Source of the DNA: Candidatus Eiseniibacteriota bacterium
Lineage (GTDB): Bacteria; Eisenbacteria; RBG-16-71-46
NCBI GenBank assembly: GCA_044223005.1
Contig: JBGAML010000001.1
Location: 32,001 to 96,000, forward strand
Direction of reading: 5' to 3'
Length of the DNA: 64,000 nucleotides
The notes under the pieces were generated by a model that saw only the letters and a list, made by a program, of their open reading frames with translations, was not told where the DNA came from and ran no database searches. The translations under genes were made by a program, and so were the position numbers. Positions 9,379 through 18,105 of the stretch are shown one piece after another (position 1 is the first letter of the stretch; each line of letters begins with the position of its first letter).

Positions 9379-9969
9379 ATGGTGCTGCCGATCCTGCTGC
9401 TCGTGGTCGTCGTGGTCGTCGTGATGATGTTCGCGGGTGTCTACAACGGCATGGTCTCCGCGCGGAACCGCGTGAAGAACGCGTTCGCGCAGATCGACGT
9501 GCAGCTCACGCGCCGCTACGACCTGATCCCGAACCTGGTCGAGACGGCGAAGGGCTACATGGCGCACGAGCGCGACACGCTCGAAGCCGTCGTGAAGGCG
9601 CGCAACGCGGCGGTCTCCGGGCTCGCGGCCGCCAAGGCCGACCCGTCGAGCGGCGGCGGCATCCAGCAGCTCGCCGGCGCCGACACGGCGCTGACCGGTG
9701 CGCTCGGCCGGCTACTCGCCGTGGCCGAGGCGTACCCGGACCTCAAGGCGAACCAGACCATGATGCAGCTCTCCGAGGAGCTGACGAGCACGGAGAACAA
9801 GGTCGCCTTCTCGCGCCAGGCGTTCAACGACTCCGTGATGCAGTACAACAACAGCATCCAAGTGTTCCCCAACAACCTGCTCGCCGGCTCGTTCGGGTTC
9901 CAGCCGGCCGAGATGCTGCAGATCGAGGACGCGGCCAAGCGCGAGGCTCCGAAGGTCTCGTTCTCCTGA
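9379..9969 (+). CDS. lemA: LemA family protein
   Basis: YN.....RN.V.NA..QIDVQL.RR.DLIPNLVET.KGY, EAYPDLKAN, TENKVAFSRQAFND. Confidence 0.96.
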   Translation: MVLPILLLVVVVVVVMMFAGVYNGMVSARNRVKNAFAQIDVQLTRRYDLIPNLVETAKGYMAHERDTLEAVVKARNAAVSGLAAAKADPSSGGGIQQLAGADTALTGALGRLLAVAEAYPDLKANQTMMQLSEELTSTENKVAFSRQAFNDSVMQYNNSIQVFPNNLLAGSFGFQPAEMLQIEDAAKREAPKVSFS

Positions 9970-9971
9970 CC

Positions 9972-11882
9972 ATGGATTTCTTCGCACGCCAGGAACGGGC
10001 TCGCGCGCAGACGCGCGAGCTCGTCGTCCTCTTCGCGCTGTCGGTCACCGTCGTCGTCGTGGTCCTGACGGCGGTGCTGGTGGCGATCCTCGCGACGTGG
10101 GCGAAGCAGGGTGCGCTGCTGGAGCACCCCGCCCAGTGGCTCGTCGCGAACGCACCGCTCGTGCTCGGATGCGCGCTGGCCGTGCTGGCGATCGTGGCCG
10201 CGGGCTCGGGGCTCAAGTCCATGCAGCTCGCGGCGGGCGGCAGCACGGTGGCGCGGTTGATGGGCGCCGACCGCGTGGACCCGAACACGCGCGATCCGCT
10301 GCGCAAGCGGCTCGTCAACGTGGTCGAGGAGATGGCGATCGCGTCGGGCGTGCCCGTGCCGGCCGTCTACGTCATGGAGGGCGAGCGCGGCCTGAACGCG
10401 TTCGCGGCCGGGTTCTCGCCGGCGGATTCGTGCGTCACGGTCACGCAGGGCGCGCTCGAGACGTTCGATCGCGAGGAGCTGCAGGGCGTCATCGGCCACG
10501 AGTTCAGCCACATCCTGAACGGCGACATGCGCCTCAACATGCGCCTGCTCGCCATGGTCGCCGGGCTGTTCGCGCTCACCACCGTGGGACGGCTGCTCAT
10601 GCGCGGCGGCTCGCGCAGCCGCAAGGGCGGCGGCCTCGTGGTGATGGGACTCGCGATGTTCGTGCTCGGCGGCATCGGCATGCTGCTCGGGCGCATGATC
10701 CAGGCGGCCATCTCGCGCCAGCGCGAGTACCTCGCCGACGCGTCGGCGGTGCAGTTCACGCGCGATCCGCGCGGCCTGCGCGACGCGCTGGTCAAGATCG
10801 GCGCCCGCGAAGGCGGTGGCCGCGTCGCCACCGACGAGGCGCACGAGGTCGCGCACATGCTGTTCGCGTCGGGATTCTCGGAGACGTTCGCCACGCATCC
10901 GCCGATCGGCGACCGCATCCGCGCGCTCGACCCCGCGTTCGGGCCGGACGAGTTCGAACGCGTGGCGAAGGAACTCGAGGCCTCGCGCCCCGCTCCGAAG
11001 CCGGCGGAGCACACGCCCGCCGCCGCGAAGCTCGCGGGCCTCGCGAGCGCGACCGTCGCGGCGACGATCGCGGCCGACGGCGTCGCCCGCAACGTGGGCC
11101 GCCCGCGCCTGCCGCACGTGCGCTACGCGGGACTGCTTCGCGCCGCGCTGCCGGAGCCGCTCGCGGCGGACACCGCGGACCCGGCGGGCGCACGCGCGCT
11201 GCTCGCCGCGCTGCTGTGGACCGGCGGCGCAGGCGGCGACACCGCGGGCACGATCGCGGCCGCGTTCGGCGCGGACACCGCCACGGCGGCGGCCGCGAAG
11301 CGCGAAGCGGTGGCGGCGCTACCCGGGAACCAGCGCCTGCCGCTGCTGCTCCAGCTCGTGCCGGCGCTCGGCCGGCTGCCGCAGGCCGATCGCGAGGCGC
11401 TCGTCGCCGCGATCGACCGCGTCGTGCGCGCCGACGGCACGATCACGCTCTCCGAGTACGCGCTGGCGCGGCTCGCGCGCGTGCACCTCGCCGCGCAGGT
11501 CGCGCCGCCGCCGCTGGCCGGTACGGCGACGCTGCGCCAGCTCGAGACCGAGCTGCAGGTGGTGTGCGCCGTGCTCGCGCACGCCGGCACGACGGACGAG
11601 GCCGCCGCGCGCGATGCGTGCGAGCGCGGGCTCACGCGCGCGCTGCCGGGCCGGCCGACGCCGTTCGCGCCGCCGCGCGACTGGGTGCCCGCGCTCGACG
11701 AGGCGCTCGACCGGCTCGACACGCTGCGGCCCGCCGAGAAGGAGCGCCTCGTGGACGCGATCGGCCTCGTCGTCGCCGCCGACGGCACGCTCGCGCTCGC
11801 CGAGGCCGAGCTGCTGCGCGCGATCTGCGGCTCGCTCCACTGCCCGCTGCCGCCGCTGATCGAGGCGCCCGAAGCGGCCTGA
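9972..11882 (+). CDS. M48 (HtpX-like) zinc metallopeptidase with C-terminal extension
   Basis: MDFF..Q..AR, NAFAAG, HEFSH, SRQREYLADASAVQFTR, THPP; follows lemA. Confidence 0.92.
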   Translation: MDFFARQERARAQTRELVVLFALSVTVVVVVLTAVLVAILATWAKQGALLEHPAQWLVANAPLVLGCALAVLAIVAAGSGLKSMQLAAGGSTVARLMGADRVDPNTRDPLRKRLVNVVEEMAIASGVPVPAVYVMEGERGLNAFAAGFSPADSCVTVTQGALETFDREELQGVIGHEFSHILNGDMRLNMRLLAMVAGLFALTTVGRLLMRGGSRSRKGGGLVVMGLAMFVLGGIGMLLGRMIQAAISRQREYLADASAVQFTRDPRGLRDALVKIGAREGGGRVATDEAHEVAHMLFASGFSETFATHPPIGDRIRALDPAFGPDEFERVAKELEASRPAPKPAEHTPAAAKLAGLASATVAATIAADGVARNVGRPRLPHVRYAGLLRAALPEPLAADTADPAGARALLAALLWTGGAGGDTAGTIAAAFGADTATAAAAKREAVAALPGNQRLPLLLQLVPALGRLPQADREALVAAIDRVVRADGTITLSEYALARLARVHLAAQVAPPPLAGTATLRQLETELQVVCAVLAHAGTTDEAAARDACERGLTRALPGRPTPFAPPRDWVPALDEALDRLDTLRPAEKERLVDAIGLVVAADGTLALAEAELLRAICGSLHCPLPPLIEAPEAA

Positions 11883-11896
11883 CGCCGCGAACGCCG

Positions 11897-11928
11897 GACG
11901 GGCCGCGCGGTCACCCGCGCGGCCCGTC
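11897..11928. terminator. Hairpin between convergent M48 and trpB2
   Basis: GACGGGCCGCGCGG-TCAC-CCGCGCGGCCCGTC. Confidence 0.65.
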
Positions 11929-11943
11929 GCGTTTCCGTTCCGG

Positions 11944-13299
11944 TCAGACCTGCGGCAGCGTCGCGAGCGCGGCGCGGATCTTGTCTTCCGGGTACTCCTG
12001 GTCCACGAGTTCGCCCGCGAAGTACTTCTGGTACGAGCCGAGGTCGAAGTGCCCGTGGCCGCTGGCGATGAACACGATCGTCTTCTTCTCGCCGGTCTCC
12101 TTGCAGCGCAGCGCCTCGTCGATCACCGAGCGGATCGCGTGCGACGTCTCGGGCGCCGGCACGTGCCCCTCGCTGCGCGCGAACTGCACGCCGGCCTCGA
12201 AAACCGGCGTCTGGTGATGCGCCTCGGCGGAGATCAGTCCGAGGTCGTAGAGATGGCACACGACCGGCGCCATGCCGTGGTAGCGCAGGCCGCCCGCATG
12301 GATCGGCGGCGGCACGAAGTCGTGCCCCAGCGTGTGCATCTTCATGAGCGGCGTGGTGCCCGCCGTGTCGCCGAAGTCGTAGTGGTACACGCCGCGCGTC
12401 AGGCTCGGGCACGAGGCCGGCTCGGCCGCGACGATGCGCGTCTTCTTCCCGCTCACGATCTTGTCGCGCACGAACGGCAGCGCGAGACCCGCGAAGTTCG
12501 AGCCGCCGCCCGCGCAGCCCACGACCGTGTCCGGGTACTCGCCCGCCATCTCGAGCTGCTTGAGCGTCTCGAGCCCGATCACGGTCTGGTGCATGAGCAC
12601 GTGGTTGAGCACGCTGCCGAGCGAGTACTTGGTGTCCTCGCGCGTCGCGGCGTCTTCGACGGCTTCGCTGATCGCGATGCCGAGCGAACCGGGCGAGTCG
12701 GGATCCTTCGCGAGCACCGCGCGGCCGGCGTTCGTCTCGGGCGACGGACTCGCGACGCACTTCCCGCCCCACGTCTCCATGAGCATGCGGCGGTAGGGCT
12801 TCTGGTCGTAGCTCACGCGCACCATGTAGACCTTGCACTCGAGCCCGTACAGGCTGGTCGCGAACGAGAGCGCGCTGCCCCACTGGCCCGCGCCGGTCTC
12901 GGTGGCGAGACGCTTCACGCCCTCGGCGTGGTTGTACCAGGCCTGCGGCACGGCGGTGTTGGGCTTGTGGCTGCCCGCGGGGCTCACGCCCTCCCACTTG
13001 TAGAAGATCTTCGCGGGCGTGCCGAGCGCCTGCTCGAGCCGGCGCGCGCGCACGAGCGGCGTCGGGCGCCAGATGCGGTACGCGTCGAGCACGGGCTCGG
13101 GAATGTCGATCCAGCGCTCGGTCGAGACCTCCTGCAGGATCAGCCCCATCGGGAAGAGCGGCGCGAGGTCGCCCGGCCCGATCGGCTGCTTGGTGCCCGG
13201 ATGGATCACCGCGGGCAGCGGCTTCGGCAGGTCCGCCTGGATGTTGTACCACTGCCGTGGCATGTCCGATTCACTGAGGAAGATCTTCGTCGAGTCCAT
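11944..13299 (-). CDS. trpB2: TrpB-like PLP enzyme (tryptophan synthase beta type 2)
   Basis: [57 protein letters not shown]. Confidence 0.93.
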   Translation of the reverse strand: MDSTKIFLSESDMPRQWYNIQADLPKPLPAVIHPGTKQPIGPGDLAPLFPMGLILQEVSTERWIDIPEPVLDAYRIWRPTPLVRARRLEQALGTPAKIFYKWEGVSPAGSHKPNTAVPQAWYNHAEGVKRLATETGAGQWGSALSFATSLYGLECKVYMVRVSYDQKPYRRMLMETWGGKCVASPSPETNAGRAVLAKDPDSPGSLGIAISEAVEDAATREDTKYSLGSVLNHVLMHQTVIGLETLKQLEMAGEYPDTVVGCAGGGSNFAGLALPFVRDKIVSGKKTRIVAAEPASCPSLTRGVYHYDFGDTAGTTPLMKMHTLGHDFVPPPIHAGGLRYHGMAPVVCHLYDLGLISAEAHHQTPVFEAGVQFARSEGHVPAPETSHAIRSVIDEALRCKETGEKKTIVFIASGHGHFDLGSYQKYFAGELVDQEYPEDKIRAALATLPQV

Positions 13300-13355
13300 C
13301 TCGGCTCCCGGGGTACGTGCTGCGGTGGAGGCGACGGCCGCGGTGGTGCGAGACG

Positions 13356-13387
13356 AAAACACCCGCCGCGATTCGTCGCAGCGGGTG
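13356..13387 (-). terminator. Attenuator terminator in trpB2 leader
   Basis: CACCCGCTGCGA-CGAA-TCGCGGCGGGTG followed by TTTT, between the leader ORF and trpB2. Confidence 0.8.
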
Positions 13388-13407
13388 GTGCGGTCGGTCG
13401 GATCCGG

Positions 13408-13491
13408 TCAGGTCGCGAACGCGTGCGCACGCCTCCCACTGCGGCGGGAGCGCCACCACCAGCGATGGAGGAATGCGGAGCGAGCGGACAC
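13408..13491 (-). CDS. trpL: Trp leader peptide MSARSAFLHRWWWRSRRSGRRAHAFAT
   Basis: GTG start with GAGGT RBS 8 nt upstream, three consecutive TGG codons (13453-13461), alternative hairpins and terminator downstream. Confidence 0.8.
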   Translation of the reverse strand: MSARSAFLHRWWWRSRRSGRRAHAFAT

Positions 13492-13703
13492 GACGGGACA
13501 CCTCGCGGTTGGGGAACAGCCGCGGCGGCCCCACCCGCCGCGGAAGTCCGTCAATTGCAGCGCGGGGACCGCGCGGGGGTCAAGGGGATTCGTGGCGAGG
13601 ACGCGATGAAACACGCGACATGGCGCGGACCGCGAAGACCGCGATGCCCCGCTCCCGGGACCGCCGCGATGCCGATCGGGCCCGCTCCCCTTAGGATGGC
13701 CGC

Positions 13704-14978
13704 ATGAGCCGGTACGTCCTCAACACGTTCGGGTCGCTGGGCGACCTGCATCCCTTCCTCGCGGTCGGGCGCGCCCTGCGCGCGCGCGGGCACGCGGTCG
13801 TGCTCGCGACCCACGCCGATTACCGCGAGCGGATCGAGACGGCGGGCCTCGCCTTTCACGCGGTGCCGCCGGCGCTCGCCGACGTCGGCGATCTCGACGC
13901 CACGCTCCGGCGAGCGATGCACCGCACGCGTGGCACCTACGAGGTGATCCACCGGCTGTGCCTGCCGCACGTCCGCGGCGCCACCGAGGCGATGCGCGCG
14001 GCGCTGCGCGACGCGGACGTCCTGCTGTCGCACCCGTTGTCGTTCGGCGCGGTGCTCGCGGCGGAATCGCTCGGCGTGCCCCGCGCGCACGCGATCCTGC
14101 AGCCCATCACCACGTACTCGTGCGCCGATCCGCCGTACGCGCCCGACGTTCCGCTGGTCGAGGCGCTCCTCGGCCGCGACCCCGGCCGCTGGCGCGCGGC
14201 GTATCGCCTCGTGCGCGCACTGACACGCGGCTGGTTCCGCGAGGTCGACGCGCTGCGCCGCGAGCTGCGACTGCCGCCCGATCGCGGCCATCCGCTCGTC
14301 GACATGGCGTCGCCGCGGCTCAACGTCGCGCTCTTCTCCCCCGTGCTCATGGATCCGCAGCCCGACTGGCCGCCGCACACCGTGGTCACGGGCTTCCCGC
14401 GCTACGACCGCGACGAACGCGGCGGCGGCGCGCCGCCCGAGCTGACGGCGTTTCTCGCCGCGGGCGAGCCGCCGGTCGTATTCACGCTCGGCTCGTCGGG
14501 CGTGTTCGACGCGGGTGGCTTCTACGACGAGGCGGTTCGGGCGACGCGCGCACTCGGCCGGCGCGCCGTACTGCTGTGTGGGCCGGACGGGCGCAACCGC
14601 TCCGCCGCGACGCAGGGCGCCGACGTGCTGGCGCTGGACTACGCGCCGCACTCCGAGCTCTTCCCGCACGCCGCCGTCAACGTGCTCTCCGGCGGCATCG
14701 GCACCACCGGGACCGCGCTCGCCGCGGGACGGCCGATGCTCTTCGTGCCACTGAGCCACGACCAGCCCGACAACGCCGCGCGATGCCGCCGTCTCGGGCT
14801 CGCGCGGATCGTCCCGCGCGGGGCCTGGCGTGCGGAACGCGCCGCGGCCGAGCTGCGCGCACTGCTCGCCGATCACGACGCGGCCGCGCGCGCGGCGGAG
14901 ATCGGCGCGCGGGTGCGCGCCGAGGACGGCGCCGTGGCGGCGGCGGACGCGCTCGAACGGTTCGCCGGCGCGAAATGA
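13704..14978 (+). CDS. GT1 family glycosyltransferase (RhlB/UGT-like)
   Basis: GS.GDLHPF.A....L..RGH, PDWP....TGF, VVFTLGS, YAPHSELFP, GGIGTT, HDQPDNA. Confidence 0.9.
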   Translation: MSRYVLNTFGSLGDLHPFLAVGRALRARGHAVVLATHADYRERIETAGLAFHAVPPALADVGDLDATLRRAMHRTRGTYEVIHRLCLPHVRGATEAMRAALRDADVLLSHPLSFGAVLAAESLGVPRAHAILQPITTYSCADPPYAPDVPLVEALLGRDPGRWRAAYRLVRALTRGWFREVDALRRELRLPPDRGHPLVDMASPRLNVALFSPVLMDPQPDWPPHTVVTGFPRYDRDERGGGAPPELTAFLAAGEPPVVFTLGSSGVFDAGGFYDEAVRATRALGRRAVLLCGPDGRNRSAATQGADVLALDYAPHSELFPHAAVNVLSGGIGTTGTALAAGRPMLFVPLSHDQPDNAARCRRLGLARIVPRGAWRAERAAAELRALLADHDAAARAAEIGARVRAEDGAVAAADALERFAGAK

Positions 14979-14980
14979 AC

Positions 14981-15012
14981 GGGGCGCGCCGCGCGAACGC
15001 GCGGTGCGCCCC
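14981..15012. terminator. Hairpin between convergent glycosyltransferase and pepT
   Basis: GGGGCGCGCCGCGCG-AA-CGCGCGGTGCGCCCC. Confidence 0.55.
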
Positions 15013-15033
15013 GGCTGCGCCCGTGCGGACGCG

Positions 15034-16287
15034 CTACGCCTTCTCCTCCCACACGCGGATCAGCTCCAGCACGACGTGCGCCGACTTCTCCATGTCCTGC
15101 GCCGAGATCCATTCGAGCCGGGAATGGAAGTTGTGCTGGCCCGTGAACAGGTTGGGCGTCGGCAGCCCCATCTCGGAGAGGATCGAGCCGTCGGTACCGC
15201 CGCGGATCTGGCTCTCGATCGGCTCGAGCCCGGCGCGGCGGATCGCCTCGCGCGCGTTCGCCACCACCTCGGGCGCCCGGTCGAGCGCCTCGCGCATGTT
15301 GCGGTACTGCTCGCGCACCTCGCACGTGACCGACGAGCCCGGCCACGCGGAGACCGCCTCCTTCGCGAGCCTCTCGATCATCGCTTCCTTCTCGGCGAGA
15401 CCCGCGGTGCGGAAGTCGCGCACGATGAACCCGACCGAGGTCTCGTCCACGGTCGCGGTGACGTCGTTGGCGTGCACGAAGCCCTCGCGGTCCTTCGTCG
15501 TCTCGGGCGAGAGCGTGTCCTTGGGCAGTCGCGCGATGAAATCGGCCGCGACCCGGATCGAGTTCACCATCTCGCGGTACGCGAGCCCCGGGTGGGTGTT
15601 GAAGCCGCGGAACGTGACGGTCATCGCGTCGGCCGAGAACGTCTCCGCATCCAGCTTGCCGAGCCCTTCGCCATCCAGCGTGTAGGCGCAGTGCGCCCCG
15701 AAGCGCTGCACGTCGAAGTGGCGCACGCCGCGGCCGATCTCCTCGTCGGGCGTGAACGCCAGCCGCACGGCGCCGTGCGGCACGTCCGGATTCTTCACGA
15801 GCCACTCCGCCACGGCCATCGCGACCGCGACGCCCGACTTGTCGTCGGCGCCGAGCAACGTGTCGCCCGACGAGGTGACGATGTCCTCGCCCTCCTTGCC
15901 GCGCAGTTCGGCGATCTCGGAGGGGCGCAGCACCGCGCCCGCGTGCTTCGGCAGCACGATGTCGCGGCCGTCCCACGCGCGATGCACGATCGGCTGGACG
16001 TTCGCGCCGCTCAGCTCGGGCGAGGTGTCCACGTGCGCGACGAAACCGATCACGGGCACGTTCGGCTTCTTCGACGTGGCCGGGATCGTCGCCATGACGA
16101 TGCCCTGGTCGTCGCGGATCGCGTCGCGGATGCCGAGCGCGTGCAGCTCGCTCACGAGTTCGTCGAGCAGCACGAGCTGCTTCTTGGTGCTCGGCACCGA
16201 CGGCGATCCGGGATCGGACTGCGTGTCGTACGTGACGTACTTGAGGAACCGCTCGAGAGCGGTGGTGCGCAGCACGGTCGTGTTCAT
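15034..16287 (-). CDS. pepT: Peptidase T (M20B tripeptide aminopeptidase)
   Basis: ERFL.YV..DTQS, AHVDTS, LLGADDK.G, FTPDEEIG.G, YTLDG, IRGGTDG, HNFHS..E. Confidence 0.95.
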   Translation of the reverse strand: MNTTVLRTTALERFLKYVTYDTQSDPGSPSVPSTKKQLVLLDELVSELHALGIRDAIRDDQGIVMATIPATSKKPNVPVIGFVAHVDTSPELSGANVQPIVHRAWDGRDIVLPKHAGAVLRPSEIAELRGKEGEDIVTSSGDTLLGADDKSGVAVAMAVAEWLVKNPDVPHGAVRLAFTPDEEIGRGVRHFDVQRFGAHCAYTLDGEGLGKLDAETFSADAMTVTFRGFNTHPGLAYREMVNSIRVAADFIARLPKDTLSPETTKDREGFVHANDVTATVDETSVGFIVRDFRTAGLAEKEAMIERLAKEAVSAWPGSSVTCEVREQYRNMREALDRAPEVVANAREAIRRAGLEPIESQIRGGTDGSILSEMGLPTPNLFTGQHNFHSRLEWISAQDMEKSAHVVLELIRVWEEKA

Positions 16288-16478
16288 GGGGGGGGACTCG
16301 AAGGTTGCGGGTTCACGGCATGGGGGGCCAACCGCCACCGACCCTAGGCCGGGCAGGAGGCCGCGGCAAGGCCGGCGTTCCCCGCGCCGGGCGTTTTCGC
16401 GGTGGCCGCCGGGGGGCCGGGCTGTCTATGCTCCCCTGTCTTTCGTTCGAAGCGCGCCGAACCAACAGGAGGAAATCC

Positions 16479-18026
16479 ATGGCCACCGCCGCCGCGGGCG
16501 TCCCGAAGACGGGCAAGACCCTCATGGGTCACCCGCCGGGACTGTTCGTGCTGTTCTTCACCGAGATGTGGGAGCGCATGAGCTACTACGGCATGCGGGC
16601 GCTGCTCTCGCTCTACATGCTCAACTTCCTGTTCGTGAAGCCCGACGTCGGCGCCAGGATCCTGGGATTCGATTACGTGAGCCACGTGTTCCAGGGCCTC
16701 TTCGGGACCGCGTGGACGCCCCAGCCGCTGCAGTCGTGGGTTTACGGTCTCTATACTGCCTTCGTGTACCTGACGCCGTTCTTCGGCGGCCTGCTCGCCG
16801 ACCGCGTGCTCGGGCGGCGCTGGGCGGTGATCGTGGGCGGCGCGCTCATGGCGATCGGCCACTTCCTGATGGCCATGGAGAACCTGTTCTTCCCGGCGCT
16901 GATGTTCCTGATTCTCGGCAACGGGTGCTTCAAGCCGAACATCTCGACGCAGGTCGGCAAGCTCTATCCGGAAGGCGACCACCGCCGGGACAGTGCGTTC
17001 TCGATCTTCTACATCGGCATCAACGTCGGCGCGTTCCTCGCGCCGATGATCTGCGGCACGCTCGGGCAGATCAAGATCAACGGCGTGCAGCACTGGCACT
17101 GGGGCTTCGCGGCCGCCGGCGTGGGCATGGTGCTCGGCTTGATCAACTACCTCATCTTCCAGCGCTACCTGCCCGACGAGCCGCCGCCGACGCCGTCGAA
17201 GACCGCGCCGGTCGCGGGCGTCGCCGTGTACCTCGTCGGCGTCACGCTGATGATCTTCGGGCTGCTCTACGTGATGACGCTGCCGCTGCTGGTGCGCGGC
17301 ATCCTCGCCGCGATCGTGGCGCTCGCGCTGGTCGTGTGGCTCTGGCGGCTGCCGCGCGACGAACGGCCGCGCGTGGTCGCGATCTTCATCGCCTGCTTCA
17401 TCGTCGCCGCGTTCTGGGCCGTGTACGAGCAGCAGGGCAACACGCTGCAGGTCTGGGCCGACCAGAACACGCACTGGCCCACGCTGTTCGGGTTCGCGAT
17501 CCCGACCACGTGGTACCAGGCGTTCAACCCCTTCATGATCTGGTTCTTCACGCCGGTGCTGATCGGGCTCTGGAACTGGCAGTCGAAGCGCAAGCAGGAG
17601 CCGTCGAGCCTCGTGAAGATGGCGATCGGCTGCACGCTGCTGGGCCTGGGCTTCGTCATCCTGGTGTTCGCCGCGCACGGCATGGCGCCCGACGCCAAGC
17701 GCAACCTGATGTGGCTGTTCGGCTCGACTGCCGTGTTCACGATCGGCGAGCTCTACCTCTCGCCGATCGGGCTCTCGTTCGTGACCAAGGTCTCGCCGGC
17801 GCGCATCGTGTCGATGATGATGGGCGTGTGGTTCCTCGCGAACTTCATCGGCAACTACATGGCCGGCTACCTCGGCACGTTCTACGAGAGCATGCCGAAG
17901 GAGAACTTCTTCTACCTGATGCTGGGCATCGGCGTGACGGCGGGACTCGTGCTCTTCGTGATGAGCAAGCCGCTCGGGAAGATCGTGGACGCGCACGACC
18001 GGCAGGAGGCCCCGGCGCAGCACTGA
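16479..18026 (+). CDS. POT/PTR family proton-dependent peptide transporter
   Basis: GHP.GL..LF.TEMWER.SYYGMR, FKPNIS, FYIGINVGA, GEL.LSP.GLS; AGGAGG RBS. Confidence 0.95.
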   Translation: MATAAAGVPKTGKTLMGHPPGLFVLFFTEMWERMSYYGMRALLSLYMLNFLFVKPDVGARILGFDYVSHVFQGLFGTAWTPQPLQSWVYGLYTAFVYLTPFFGGLLADRVLGRRWAVIVGGALMAIGHFLMAMENLFFPALMFLILGNGCFKPNISTQVGKLYPEGDHRRDSAFSIFYIGINVGAFLAPMICGTLGQIKINGVQHWHWGFAAAGVGMVLGLINYLIFQRYLPDEPPPTPSKTAPVAGVAVYLVGVTLMIFGLLYVMTLPLLVRGILAAIVALALVVWLWRLPRDERPRVVAIFIACFIVAAFWAVYEQQGNTLQVWADQNTHWPTLFGFAIPTTWYQAFNPFMIWFFTPVLIGLWNWQSKRKQEPSSLVKMAIGCTLLGLGFVILVFAAHGMAPDAKRNLMWLFGSTAVFTIGELYLSPIGLSFVTKVSPARIVSMMMGVWFLANFIGNYMAGYLGTFYESMPKENFFYLMLGIGVTAGLVLFVMSKPLGKIVDAHDRQEAPAQH

Positions 18027-18049
18027 CGCGCCGCGTCCGCGCAACGAAG

Positions 18050-18081
18050 AAGGCCCGGGCGGAGCGATCCGCCCGGGCCTT
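18050..18081. terminator. Bidirectional terminator
   Basis: AAGGCCCGGGCGGA-GCGA-TCCGCCCGGGCCTT, A-rich on the left and T-rich on the right. Confidence 0.8.
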
Positions 18082-18105
18082 TCGCGTGTCGCGACACCGG
18101 CTCCG

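Noticed and set aside
15034..16287. PepT as the missing M20 beta-ureidopropionase
   Set aside because: Motifs are typical of peptidase T, and its context is peptide transport.
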